Source: an uncultured Haloferula sp.
Lineage (GTDB): Bacteria > Verrucomicrobiota > Verrucomicrobiia > Verrucomicrobiales > Akkermansiaceae
Assembly: GCA_965652295.1 (NCBI GenBank)
Contig: CBFGTS010000004.1
Coordinates: 233,046-297,045, forward strand
Direction: 5' to 3'
Length of the DNA: 64,000 nt
Position numbers and translations under genes: made by a program. Shown piece by piece: positions 51,126 through 61,573 of this stretch. Position 1 is the stretch's first letter; every line of letters begins with the position of its first letter. The notes beneath the pieces were generated by a model that did not search any database, was not told the DNA's origin, and worked only from the letters and a program-made list of their open reading frames with translations.

Positions 51126-53384
51126 TCAGCCTGTCGAGAGGGAGATGGCGCAGGCTTTGTAGTTCGGCTGACGCGAGTGGGGGTCGAAGGAGGGATGGGT
51201 GAGCCGGTTGACCTCCGGGTAGTGCATGGGGACGAAAAGCTGGCCGGGCTGAACGGTCGGGGCGAGGTAGGCGGTGGCGGTCATTTCGCCCCTGCGGGAA
51301 CGAAGGGTCACCTGCTGCTCGGAGGCGATGCCAAGGCGGCGGGCGTCGCGGGGGTGGATCTCGACGTAGGCGGCGGCGGGCGCGAGTTTGCGAAGGATGT
51401 CCGACTTTCCGGTGCGCGACTGGGTGTGCCATTGGCTGCTGGAGCCCCGGCCGGTGATGAGGAGAAAGGGATAGGCATCGTCCGGCGGCTCGGGGAGAGG
51501 GGCGGGCGGGGAGAAGAGGATCTTCGCCTTGCCACTGGGGGTGTAGTAGATGCCGTCGGAGAAGAGCCGGCGTTCCTTGGATTGCCGATCGGGGACTGCC
51601 GACTGAAGATTTTCCCGGGCTCCGGGTTCATCGCTCGGGCAGTCGGGAATCGATGATCGGGCATCGGAAATCGACCAGGGCCACTGGATGCCGCCGGATT
51701 GGTCGAGGTGGTCGTAGCCTTGGATGCCGGTGATGTCGCAGGGGCGGTCGGCGGTGAGATCGCGGAGGAGCTTGAAGACGGCCTCGGGATCGGTCCATTT
51801 CGCGAACAGATCGCCGCAGCCCCAGGCGTGGGCGAGGAGGCGGAAGATGCGGAAGTCGGATAGGGTCTTCCCCGGAGCGGATTTGGCGGCTTTGAGCGTG
51901 CCGATGCGGCGTTCGGAATTGATGAAACAGCCGGTTTTCTCTCCCCAGCCGGCGGCGGGAAGGTAGAGATCGGCGACGCGGGCGCTCTCGGTGGTGGGAT
52001 ACATGTCCTGGACGACGAGGAACTCGAGCTTCTCATGCAGGGCGGCGAGGCGGCCGGAGTCGATCCATGAGTGGAAGGGGTTGGTCGCGACGATCCAGAG
52101 TCCTTTGATCTCTCCCCGCTCGGCGGCGGCGAGGATTTCGTCATAGGCGAGCGACCGTTCGGCCGGGATGCAATCGAGCGGGATGCCGAGGCCGGTGGCG
52201 ACCTTGCGGCGATGGTCGTCGTTGGCGAAATCGTGCCCCCCGACGAGGGAGGTGGTGTTGGAGAAAAGCCGCGACCCCATGGCGTTGCACTGGCCGGTGA
52301 CGGAGTTCGGGCCGGTGCCGGGCTTGCCGATGTTGCCGGTGATGAGGCAGAGGTTGATGATGGCCTGGGCGGTGCGGACGCCCTCGTAGGACTGGTTGAC
52401 GCCCATGGTCCACCACCAGGAAACGCGCTTGCCGGGCTCGGACACGTCACGGGCGAGGGCCTCGATGATTTCCGCGGGGATGCCGGTTTTCGCCACGACG
52501 GATTCGGGCGTGTAGGTCTTCAAGAACTCCGCGAATTCCTCGAAGCCTTCCGTGCGATCGATCGATGCGGGGTCGATGCGGCCATCGCGGAGGATGCAGT
52601 GGGCGAGGGCGTAGTAGAGGGCAAGGTCGCCCTTGGGCTTGAGCTGGATGTGGTGGGTGGCGGCTTGGGCGGTTTCGGTCGCGCGCGGGTCGATGACGAT
52701 GATCTTCGGCGAGCGCTTGTTGCGCATGACGCGCTGCCAGAGGATCGGGTGGGCGATGCAGAGGTTGGCCCCGACGAGGACGATGACGTCGCTTTCCTCG
52801 AAGTCGGCGTAGGTGTAGGGCGGGGCGTCGAAGCCGAAGGACTGCTTGTAGGCGGTGACGGCGGTGGCCATGCACTGGCGTGTGTTGGCATCGCCATGGA
52901 GGAAGCCCATGCCGAACTTCCACAGGCAACCGAGGAAAGCCATTTCCTCGAAGGGAATCTGGCCGGTGGAAAGAAACGCGGCGGCTTCGTGCCCGTGCTT
53001 TTCCTGGATCGACTTGAAGCCGGAAACGAAGGCGTCGAGGGCGGCGGGCCAATCGGTGGGGTGGAGCTTTCCATCGCTCCCACGGAGCAAAGGTGTGGTG
53101 CCGCGATCCGACGCGCTGAGGGGATCGAGCGCCTGCCAGCCCTTGGGGCAGGCCATGCCGAGGTTCACCGGGTAGTCGGCCTGCGGGCTGAGGTTGATGG
53201 CCTGGCCGCTCTCGTCGAGGTGGAGCTTGAGCTGGCAGCCGGTGGCGCAGTAGCCGCAGATCGAGGTGAGGGTCGAGGCGGGCTTGAGGCGGGCGGGGAT
53301 TTTTCCCAGGCCGAAGTCGCCCGGCGTCTGGACCAGATCGGTGGTGAGCGGGCCGGTTTGCTGTTTCAGCAGGTGGGAAAGCAT
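51126..53384 (-). CDS. nasA: Assimilatory nitrate reductase catalytic subunit (molybdopterin oxidoreductase)
   Basis: CGYCATGC...C.KG [4Fe-4S]; [25 protein letters not shown]...QWHT..RT; DP.S.QP.YK. Confidence 0.88.
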   Translation of the reverse strand: MLSHLLKQQTGPLTTDLVQTPGDFGLGKIPARLKPASTLTSICGYCATGCQLKLHLDESGQAINLSPQADYPVNLGMACPKGWQALDPLSASDRGTTPLLRGSDGKLHPTDWPAALDAFVSGFKSIQEKHGHEAAAFLSTGQIPFEEMAFLGCLWKFGMGFLHGDANTRQCMATAVTAYKQSFGFDAPPYTYADFEESDVIVLVGANLCIAHPILWQRVMRNKRSPKIIVIDPRATETAQAATHHIQLKPKGDLALYYALAHCILRDGRIDPASIDRTEGFEEFAEFLKTYTPESVVAKTGIPAEIIEALARDVSEPGKRVSWWWTMGVNQSYEGVRTAQAIINLCLITGNIGKPGTGPNSVTGQCNAMGSRLFSNTTSLVGGHDFANDDHRRKVATGLGIPLDCIPAERSLAYDEILAAAERGEIKGLWIVATNPFHSWIDSGRLAALHEKLEFLVVQDMYPTTESARVADLYLPAAGWGEKTGCFINSERRIGTLKAAKSAPGKTLSDFRIFRLLAHAWGCGDLFAKWTDPEAVFKLLRDLTADRPCDITGIQGYDHLDQSGGIQWPWSISDARSSIPDCPSDEPGARENLQSAVPDRQSKERRLFSDGIYYTPSGKAKILFSPPAPLPEPPDDAYPFLLITGRGSSSQWHTQSRTGKSDILRKLAPAAAYVEIHPRDARRLGIASEQQVTLRSRRGEMTATAYLAPTVQPGQLFVPMHYPEVNRLTHPSFDPHSRQPNYKACAISLSTG
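51580..51672. repeat. 93-bp heptamer inverted mini-repeat in frame within nitrate reductase
   Basis: GATTGCC GATCGGG GACTGCC GACTGAA GATTTTC - 23 nt - GGCAGTC GGGAATC GATGATC GGGCATC GGAAATC. Confidence 0.75.
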
Positions 53385-53530
53385 GGGCGACACGGATCTA
53401 AAGAGCAGTCGGCATGCAGGGGCAGGAGGAATCCGGAGGCTTGATGCCCGATGTCGTCATGGCGGGTATGATTGGGACTCATGCCAGGCGGCGGCAAGTC
53501 CGTGGGGTGATGAAGGAGAGCCGGATCTCC

Positions 53531-54964
53531 CTACGAGGGCTGGGGTCGTGACAAAGGAAGCCGCAGCTTGAACGTCGTGCCTTGGCCAGGGGAGCTGGTG
53601 GCTTCGAGGTGACCGTCGTGGGCGAGGCAGATCGCGCGGGCGATGGCGAGACCGAGGCCGGTGTGGCCCTGGGTTTGCGTGCGTGCGCGGTCAGCGCGGT
53701 AGAAGCGGTCGAAGAGGTGCGGCAGGTGTTCGGCGGGAATGCCGGGGCCGGCATCGTGAACTTCGAGGAGCGCGTCATTATCCGAAGGATGACAGCGGAC
53801 GGTGACGGGACTTCCGGCGGGAGGATGGGAAAGGGCGTTGGAGATGAGGTTCTGGACGACGGTTTCGAGCGAATCGGGGTCGCCGGTCACGGGGGCGGGG
53901 GAAAGGTCGAGCGTGAGGGCGGAGCCGCGCTCTTCGGCGAGGGGCCGGAGTCGGTCGGCGACGCAGTGGGTGATGGCCGCGAGGTCGCAGGGCTTCGATG
54001 GCCGGTGTTCGCTGCCGAAGTCATGGCGATCGAGGACGAGCAGCGAGTCCACGATGCCGCGCATGCGCTGGGCGGCGGTCTGGCAATTTCCCAGGAACTG
54101 CCGGTATTGGGCAGGGTCGCGCTCGGTTTTCAAGGCCCGCTGGGTTTCCGTGAGGATGATGGTCAGCGGTGTGCGGAGTTCATGCGAGGCGTCGGCGGTG
54201 AATCGCTTCTGGCGTTCGATGGCGGAGGCGAGGCGGTCGAAGGTGTCGTTGAGGACGTGGGCGAGCTGGTCGAGTTCGTTGTCGCGATCCGGGATGGCGA
54301 TGCGTTCCTCGAGATTGCCGGCGGCGATGCGGGTGGCGGTGTGGGAAATGGCACCGAGGGGTTTCAAGGCGCGGCCCGCCAGCCACCAGCCGCCTGCGAT
54401 TGCGGCGAGGAGGATCGAAGCCCCGCCGAGGGCGAGGAAAGCGCGGAAGCGATAGAGGGCTCCGAGCTCCGAGGAAATGTCCCGGCCGACAACCGTCACG
54501 GTCCCGGAAGGATGGCCGCGGTGGTGTTCGTGGAAGGTGCCGCGGTCGAGAACCCGTTTCTCGTTCCGGGGAAACGGCGGGCGCGTGAGGCCCTCGGGCG
54601 CATTCGGCGAGATGAAGAGTGGCGAGCCGTCGCTGTCCCAGACGGCGATGTAGGTGCCGGCGGGGTCGGACTTGAAGAGATCGCGGAACTCGGGCGGATC
54701 GTTGGCAGGGCTGCCGAAGGAGCGGAGGCGTTCCTTGATTTCTTCGAGAGTGGGCGGGCCGTCGTCCTTGTCCTCGTCGGCGGAGGTGAACACGCTGCGG
54801 AAGAACGAGCGCTCGTGGTTTCTGAGGTCCCGGTCGATGCGGTCCATCCGGTCGCGGGTGCTCAACCGGTTGGCGAGCAGGCCGACGGCGACGACCAGGC
54901 CAAAAGAGACGAGCGAATGCCACAAGAGCAACCGCCAGCGGATCGAACGGAAGGGGTGTTTCAT
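53531..54964 (-). CDS. Sensor histidine kinase (HAMP-HisKA, CusS-like)
   Basis: Two TMs, HAMP, FTADASHELRTPL, NLISNA, D.GPGI, FDRFYR, GLGLAI. Confidence 0.94.
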   Translation of the reverse strand: MKHPFRSIRWRLLLWHSLVSFGLVVAVGLLANRLSTRDRMDRIDRDLRNHERSFFRSVFTSADEDKDDGPPTLEEIKERLRSFGSPANDPPEFRDLFKSDPAGTYIAVWDSDGSPLFISPNAPEGLTRPPFPRNEKRVLDRGTFHEHHRGHPSGTVTVVGRDISSELGALYRFRAFLALGGASILLAAIAGGWWLAGRALKPLGAISHTATRIAAGNLEERIAIPDRDNELDQLAHVLNDTFDRLASAIERQKRFTADASHELRTPLTIILTETQRALKTERDPAQYRQFLGNCQTAAQRMRGIVDSLLVLDRHDFGSEHRPSKPCDLAAITHCVADRLRPLAEERGSALTLDLSPAPVTGDPDSLETVVQNLISNALSHPPAGSPVTVRCHPSDNDALLEVHDAGPGIPAEHLPHLFDRFYRADRARTQTQGHTGLGLAIARAICLAHDGHLEATSSPGQGTTFKLRLPLSRPQPS

Positions 54965-54989
54965 GGCGAGAGGGGGCGGGGAGTTGCCA

Positions 54990-55640
54990 TCATTCAATCG
55001 AGTAGCCGTGGCCACGGCGGGTGGTGATGAAGGATGAGCCGAGCTTTTTGCGGACGTTGGAGACGTGGACGTCGAGGAGATTGGAAAGGGTGTCGTCGCT
55101 TTCGTCGAAGAGATGCTCGTAGAGTTCTGAGCGGCTGATCACCACGCCGCGGTGAAGGGCGAGGTATTCGACCAAGGCATACTCGCGTGGCGTGAGAGAG
55201 ACGACTTCGCCACGCTGGTTGAGAGTCCGCGCGGCGAGATCGAGGGTGACGTCCCCGATTTCGATCAGGTTCGAGGCCTGGCCGTGATTGCGGCGGATCA
55301 GGGCGCGGAGCCGGGCGAGGAGTTCGTCGAAATCGAAGGGCTTGGTGAGGTAGTCGTCGGCACCGGCATCCAGGCCGCGGATACGGTCGGGCACGGCGTC
55401 GCGGGCGGTGAGCATGAGCACCGGCGTGGCCTTGGTTTCACGCAGGCGGGCGAGGAATTCCCAGCCGTCGATTTCCGGTAACATGCCATCAAGGAGGATG
55501 GCGTCGAAGTCGATCTCCAGGGCCATGGCCAGCCCCTCGGCACCGTCAGCGGCGGTGTCGGTCGCGTAGCGCTCTTCCTGCAAGCCCTCGCGGAGGCTGT
55601 GGAGGAGGAGCGGATCGTCTTCGATGATCAGCAAACGCAT
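54990..55640 (-). CDS. OmpR-family response regulator
   Basis: IEDD, LLDGMLP, LTARD, GADDYL.KPF, LTPRE, TRRG.GY. Confidence 0.95.
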   Translation of the reverse strand: MRLLIIEDDPLLLHSLREGLQEERYATDTAADGAEGLAMALEIDFDAILLDGMLPEIDGWEFLARLRETKATPVLMLTARDAVPDRIRGLDAGADDYLTKPFDFDELLARLRALIRRNHGQASNLIEIGDVTLDLAARTLNQRGEVVSLTPREYALVEYLALHRGVVISRSELYEHLFDESDDTLSNLLDVHVSNVRKKLGSSFITTRRGHGYSIE

Positions 55641-55645
55641 CGGGA

Positions 55646-55732
55646 GATGGAAGATGGAAGATGGAAGATGGAAGATGGAAGATCGGGTTGAAGAGTGCTG
55701 AATCGACAATCTTCAATCCTCAATCGAAAATC
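55646..55732. repeat. Heptamer inverted mini-repeat: (GATGGAA)5 + GATCGGG ... (NNNAATC)5
   Basis: Five perfect GATGGAA (55646-55680), then CTGAATC GACAATC TTCAATC CTCAATC GAAAATC (55698-55732). Confidence 0.85.
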
Positions 55733-55734
55733 CC

Positions 55735-56949
55735 TCACTCGTGTCGGAGGGCGTCGATGGGGTCGAGCTTGGCGGCGCGGCGGGCGGGCATGAAGCCGAA
55801 GAGGATGCCGATGGCGGCGGAGAAAATGAAGGCGATGAGGTTGATCTTGGGATCGAAGATGAAAGGCGTGCCGACGACTTTCACCAAGGCATGGCAGAGA
55901 CCGTAGGCGAGGACGATGCCGGTGAGCCCGCCGATGCAGGAAAGCGTGACGGCTTCGACCAGGAACTGGAGCAGGACCTCTCGTGCGCGGGCACCGATGG
56001 CAAGACGGATGCCGATTTCCCGGGTCCGCTCGGTGACGGAGACGAGCATGATGTTCATGATGCCGATGCCACCGACGAGCAGGCTGACGCCGGCGACCGC
56101 GCCGAGCAGCGAGGTCATGACCTTGGTGCTGGAGGTGACGACGTCGGCGAGCTGCTGCGAGTCGAAGACATTGAAGTCGTCCTGCTCGTTGGCGGTGATG
56201 TTGCGGCGTTCGCGCAGGAGCAGGGTGATTTCGGCAACGATCTGCCCGCTCGGAAACCCGTCCTCGCCGGAAACCATGATCTGGTTGATGAACTTCCCGC
56301 CCTGGCTGCCGGTCTGGCGCCGGACCAGAGAGGTGTAGGGAACGATCACGTTGTCATCGAGGTCGTCGCCGAAGCCGCCCTGACCCTTGGCCGCGGTGAC
56401 GCCGATGACCTGGGCGGAGGTGCTGCCGATGCGGATGCGTTTACCGATCGGATCGATGGGACCGAAGATCTTCTGCCGGATCGTTTCGCCGATCACGCAG
56501 ACGGATGCGGAGTCCTCGACCTCCTCCTCGGTGAAAGCCCGGCCCTTGGAGATGTCCCAGTTGCCGATCTTGAAGTAGTTCGGCGTGGTGCCCTGGATGT
56601 CGAAGTTGGAATTGTTTTCCTGATAGGCGAGAGTCGCGTTCGATTGGACCATCGGCGCGAGGTCGGCGACGCCGTTGATCTGACGGCGGATGACCTCCAT
56701 GTCTTCCATGGAAAAGTTGTCCGAGCCGCGGTTCCACCATCCCTGGCCGGGGCGGACGATGAGGAGGTTGCTGCCCATCTTGGAAATCTCGCCCTTGATG
56801 GTCTCCGTGGCACCACGACCGAGGGTGACCATGGTGACGACGGCGGCGACGCCGATGACGATGCCGATCACCGTCAGGAAGGATCGCGTGAGATTCCGAC
56901 GAATCTCGCGGATGGCGATCAACAGGGCATTGAGAAGCATGAAGACCAT
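55735..56949 (-). CDS. MacB-family ABC transporter permease
   Basis: RS.LT..GI.IGV, GGIGIMNIMLVSVTERTREIG.R.A.GA, PARRAA.LDPI.ALR.E. Confidence 0.95.
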   Translation of the reverse strand: MVFMLLNALLIAIREIRRNLTRSFLTVIGIVIGVAAVVTMVTLGRGATETIKGEISKMGSNLLIVRPGQGWWNRGSDNFSMEDMEVIRRQINGVADLAPMVQSNATLAYQENNSNFDIQGTTPNYFKIGNWDISKGRAFTEEEVEDSASVCVIGETIRQKIFGPIDPIGKRIRIGSTSAQVIGVTAAKGQGGFGDDLDDNVIVPYTSLVRRQTGSQGGKFINQIMVSGEDGFPSGQIVAEITLLLRERRNITANEQDDFNVFDSQQLADVVTSSTKVMTSLLGAVAGVSLLVGGIGIMNIMLVSVTERTREIGIRLAIGARAREVLLQFLVEAVTLSCIGGLTGIVLAYGLCHALVKVVGTPFIFDPKINLIAFIFSAAIGILFGFMPARRAAKLDPIDALRHE

Positions 56950-56952
56950 GAG

Positions 56953-57659
<707 letters not shown>

Positions 57660-57663
<4 letters not shown>

Positions 57664-58979
57664 GATTCGACGGGTTCGATGCTGGTGATGACTTCGTCTC
57701 CCGGCTGAAGTTCGCCGCCGGTGATCTCGGTCACGCTGCCATCGGTGATGCCGGTCTCGATTTCGACTTTCACCGGCTCGTTGCCTTTCAGGATCCATAC
57801 GGACGGCGCCCCGCCCTCGCTGCTGCGGGGACCATCGCGACGCCAGCGGCGGCGGCCGGGGCCGAGGCTTTCGACCAGGGTTTCATCCTCTTCCTCGGGG
57901 TTGTTGAGGTCTTCATAAACCTGGGGGTCGAAGCGCAGGGCGGAGTTCGGAACGGCGAGCACGTCCTGGCGATCGACCACCTGGATGTCGACCGTGGCGG
58001 TCATGCCGGGGCGCAGGGAAAGGTCTTCGTTTTCCACCGCAAGCTCGGTGTCGTAGGTGACCACACCGGAGGTCGCCGCGGCGGCTCCGTTGGCGGCGGC
58101 GGTGCTGGCGGCCGAGCCGAAGGCAACCTTTTTCACCGTGGCGGTGTAGGTGCGGCCGGGGTAGGCATCGACGTTGAAGGTGGCGGTCTGACCGGCTTCG
58201 ACGCGGCCGATGTCGGCCTCGGACACGGAAACGACGAGTTCCATTGTTTTCAGATCCTCGGCGATGGTGAAGAGGGTCGGCGCGGTGAAGGACGCGGCGA
58301 CGGTCTGGCCGGTTTCGATCGAACGGGCCAGCACGACGCCATCCACGGGCGAGCGGATGATCGCCTTGCCGAGGTCGCTCTCGAAGGAACCGATGTCGGC
58401 CTCGGACGCGGAAATGTCGGCCCTGGCGCTGGCGACATCGGCTTCGGCGCGGGCGACGGCGGCGCGGGAGGTTTCCATCACGGCCTCCGAGGGCGTCTTG
58501 CCACCGCTCAGGCGGAGGAGTTCCTCCTGGCGGGCGAGGGAGGCCTCGTTTTCCGCGAGCGTGGCCTCGGCCTGGCGGAGGCGGGCCTTCGAGGAGAGCA
58601 GCGAGGCGCGGGCGCGGGCGGTCTGTTGCTCGAGCTTGCTGACATCGAGCCGTAGCAGCTCCTGGCCCTTGGTGACCGGGTCGTTGGTATCGACGTAAAC
58701 CTCGGTCACGATGCCGGACAGCTCGCTGCCGATGACGATCTGGTTGGTCGGCGCGAGGTTGCCGGAGGCGGTGACGATGATCGAGATGTCGGTCTTTTCC
58801 GCGGGGCGGGTGACGTAGGTGGTGCCCTGGCTCTCGGTCTTGTTACGGCGAAGATAGTAGAAAACCCCGCCGCCGACGAGGGCGAGGAGGATCACGATGA
58901 CGATGATCTTCTTCACGGGGCGGGAAGCGCCGCTGCGGACGATCGCGGCGAGATCTTCTTCGTTGTGGGGCTTGGGCAT
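57660..58979 (-). CDS. MacA-type periplasmic adaptor (membrane fusion protein)
   Basis: N-terminal TM, G.ELSG.V..V, I.SPVDG.V, GQTVAASF..P.LF, LRPGMTA. Confidence 0.94.
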
Positions 58980-59034
58980 GGACGTGAGCGTTGGTTTTCG
59001 GAAAAGGGAAAAGGAGAAAGGAAGACGGGGTCGG

Positions 59035-60420
59035 TCAGTGCGACCAGCCGCCGCCAAGCGCCTGGTAGAGGCGGATGTAGGCGGTGGTGCGGTCGGCGTG
59101 GGTCGAGGTGAGACTGTCCTCCAGGCCGAGCAGGGTGCGCTGGGAATCGAGCACCGAAAGGAAGTCGATCTCCCCGGCCTCATACTGCTGGCGGGCGAGC
59201 TTGTCGGTCTCGCGGGCGAGGCGGGTGGCCTTCTCGAGCGCGGCGAGCCTTTCCGCGATGCGGCGGCACGCGATCAGGGCGTCCTCCACCTCGGACAGCG
59301 CGATGAGAATTGTGGAACGATAGGCCTGGAGGGCTTGCTCCGTGCGGGCGTCACTGGCGTCGATGTTGGCGCGGATGCGGCCGGCGTCGAAGATCGGCCC
59401 GGCGAGCCCGGCGATGAGGTTGGCGCTGATGTTCTCCGGGTTGTAGAGCTTGGCGCTGGAGAGCGAGTTGATGCCGAGCGAGCCGGACAGCGAGAGCGAG
59501 GGGAAACGTTCGGCCTCCGCGGCGCGGGTCTGGGCGACGGAGGCGAGCAGGTTGTAGCCGGCGATGCGGACGTCGGGTCGCTGGCGGAGCGTGTCGGCCG
59601 GGATGCCGACGGCGAGGCGCGTGGCGGGATCCGGGATGGCGGACGCGTCGGAAAGGAGGGAGTCGAGCCCGCCGGGTTCGCGGCCGCAAAGTCGGGCGAG
59701 CAGGTTCTTCCCCTGGGCGATGGATTGCTGGAGTGAGGGGATGGCGGCCTTCGACTGGATCAAGCTGGTCTCGGCCTGGCCCGATTCGAGGTAATCGGCC
59801 TCGCCGGCCTGCTGGCGCCAATCGGCGATCTGATAGGTCTCGGTTTGGAGCGCGATGTTGCGCTGGAGGACGTCGAGGCGCGCTTGGTTGGCGCGCAGGC
59901 TGGTGTAGGCGACGGCGATCTCGGCGGCGAGCGAGGCGCGGACCGAGTGGAGGTTTTCCTCGGCGGCACCGAGGTTGGCGGAAGCGGTGGCGATGTTGCT
60001 GCGGGTGCCGCCGAACAGGTCGGCCTCCCACGAGGCGCTGAGGCCGGCGGAGTAGGAGTTGCTGGTCGTGCGGCGGGTGCCGTCGCTGTCGGAGATGCCC
60101 GCGCTGGTGCCGGTGGAGCCGGAGAGGGTGGGGAAGAGGGCGGATGCGGTGGCCTTGCGGTTGGCGCGGGCCTCGCGGATGCGGGCGGTGGCGGAAGCGA
60201 CGTCGGGGCTGCTTTCCAGGCCGGTGCGGATGACGCGGGTGAGCGTGGGGTCGTCGAACGACCGCCACCAGCGCTGGAGGTCGCGGTCCGGTTCGGCGGT
60301 GGGGAAATTGCCGGCGTTTTTCCAAGAGGTGGGGATCGGTCCGGTGGTCGGGACCCGGAAAGGCGACATGCACCCGGCGAGGAGCAGGATGGGAACAAGG
60401 CCGAGCGCGGCGAACTTCAT
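59035..60420 (-). CDS. NodT/TolC-family outer-membrane efflux lipoprotein
   Basis: Lipobox LAGC, WW..F.D..L, WE.DLFG, L.QRPDV, LY.ALGGGW. Confidence 0.95.
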   Translation of the reverse strand: MKFAALGLVPILLLAGCMSPFRVPTTGPIPTSWKNAGNFPTAEPDRDLQRWWRSFDDPTLTRVIRTGLESSPDVASATARIREARANRKATASALFPTLSGSTGTSAGISDSDGTRRTTSNSYSAGLSASWEADLFGGTRSNIATASANLGAAEENLHSVRASLAAEIAVAYTSLRANQARLDVLQRNIALQTETYQIADWRQQAGEADYLESGQAETSLIQSKAAIPSLQQSIAQGKNLLARLCGREPGGLDSLLSDASAIPDPATRLAVGIPADTLRQRPDVRIAGYNLLASVAQTRAAEAERFPSLSLSGSLGINSLSSAKLYNPENISANLIAGLAGPIFDAGRIRANIDASDARTEQALQAYRSTILIALSEVEDALIACRRIAERLAALEKATRLARETDKLARQQYEAGEIDFLSVLDSQRTLLGLEDSLTSTHADRTTAYIRLYQALGGGWSH

Positions 60421-61006
60421 GGGCGGAGCTTGGCAGGGTGGACCTTTAGGGAAGATGAAGAAGTGTGGCACTTTGCTCGGGAGAACGGCGAATGCCGGGG
60501 GGACACTCCCAAAGGCGTATCTCGACCGAAAAGCTGCGTTTTTCGGGACCGAATGGCGCTCAGGGCTCATTCGTGGAGCCGGGAGCTGCATGGGTGGGTG
60601 GGTTTGGAGATACGGAGGATGACGGAGGCCATGGAGCAGGGCGGTCAGGCCCGGGAAAGGGTTCAGCGAACTCCCGGCAGGAGTGGCGAGTGATGAGGAA
60701 AAGGGAAAAAGTGGTGGGTCATGGCTGTTGAAAGATCGTCGTTGATTTAAGCTGCAAGGCGTCAGACCCAAACAACCCTACTCGGATTTGATCCTACCTA
60801 TCCTATCCATCTTGGTCCATTTTCCTCCCGAGGTTGATCATCCTGAGGCACGGAGTCGAAAGTCCCGCGTGGTTTGCATCCAAGTCACCCTCCCCCTGCC
60901 TTTCTCCGTGACCTCCTCAAACCTCTGTGCCTCCGTGATGGGAGAAAGCCCTTCAGGCCCCAGGTGCATGCAAAACGGACGGAGCCCAAGGACGGCAGCG
61001 TGTTTG

Positions 61007-61048
61007 GATGATGGATCGCAGATGGTAGATCATGGATGGCGGATGGAG
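61007..61048. repeat. Heptamer tandem repeat (GATNNNN x6)
   Basis: GATGATG GATCGCA GATGGTA GATCATG GATGGCG GATGGAG. Confidence 0.7.
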
Positions 61049-61063
61049 AGCCGAAGGCGCAAC

Positions 61064-61271
61064 GGAGCGCCGAATATGAATTCGGCATCGCCTCACCCCC
61101 CAAGCTTCCTATTCTCAAAGATAGACAGCCCCGCTGCGTCTGCAAAACGGAGCGCCGGTTTTCAAACCGGCACCGCCTTCACCCGCAGCCTCTCTTCCTC
61201 GAAGATAGCCAGCCCTGCACCCCGCCGCTTCTTCTAAAGAAGCGCCGATGATGAAATCGGCACCGCCTCAC
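61064..61271 (+). repeat. Three tandem REP-like units (BIME-like cluster)
   Basis: G(G/A)AG-C plus 18-nt hairpin plus A(C/T)CGCCT(T)CAC at 61064, 61149 and 61239; the spacers resemble each other. Confidence 0.8.
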
Positions 61272-61468
61272 TCCACACTGCCTTCCGCCGCACCTGGTTG
61301 TCTGTCATTCCACAACATCGCGCCTCGTCGCTTCGGGGACATTTTCGCGAACCGGCTCGTCAACCCAGCTGAAATTCGGCGAACTGGTTCCTCAAGCATT
61401 CCGAAAATTCAACCATCCTGAGTAAAAATCGTCGCTGGAGCCGCTGACTCGAAATCGTAGAGAAATGA

Positions 61469-61497
61469 TTGAAGACCAACCTCTTTCCCGCTAGATT
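61469..61497 (+). promoter_or_regulatory. Putative cassette promoter (Pc-like)
   Basis: TTGAAG-N17-TAGATT about 65 bp upstream of the first GTTAGCC core site. Confidence 0.55.
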
Positions 61498-61509
61498 CCC
61501 GCCCACGAA

Positions 61510-61568
61510 ATCACCCCGCCACGCCTCATTCTTGAGTTCGCGCGGTGGGTGAACTAATACTGTTAGCC
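61510..61568 (+). mobile_element. Array-head recombination site (attI-like or eroded attC)
   Basis: Ends in core GTTAGCC (61562-61568) preceded by an attC-like right arm GGTGGGTGAAC-TAATACT; no RYYYAAC R'' box upstream. Confidence 0.6.
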
Positions 61569-61573
61569 AAAGA

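Noticed and set aside
53385..53530. Sigma54 promoter upstream of nasA (and a similar one upstream of hflK)
   Set aside because: Candidates lack a correctly spaced GG-N10-GC pair.
55641..55709. N-terminal extension SSIFHLPSSIFHLP of the response regulator
   Set aside because: It is the translation of the (GATGGAA)5 tract; the receiver domain starts at 55640.
61064..61271. CRISPR mini-array
   Set aside because: Repeats differ in their centres, the spacers are homologous to each other (CTC.AAGATAG.CAGCCC), and there are no cas genes; it fits a REP/BIME tandem better.
60421..61560. Integron integrase gene or remnant; ORFs 60788-61237, 60885-61145, 61036-61251
   Set aside because: No tyrosine-recombinase motifs were seen; the ORFs are translations of short repeats.
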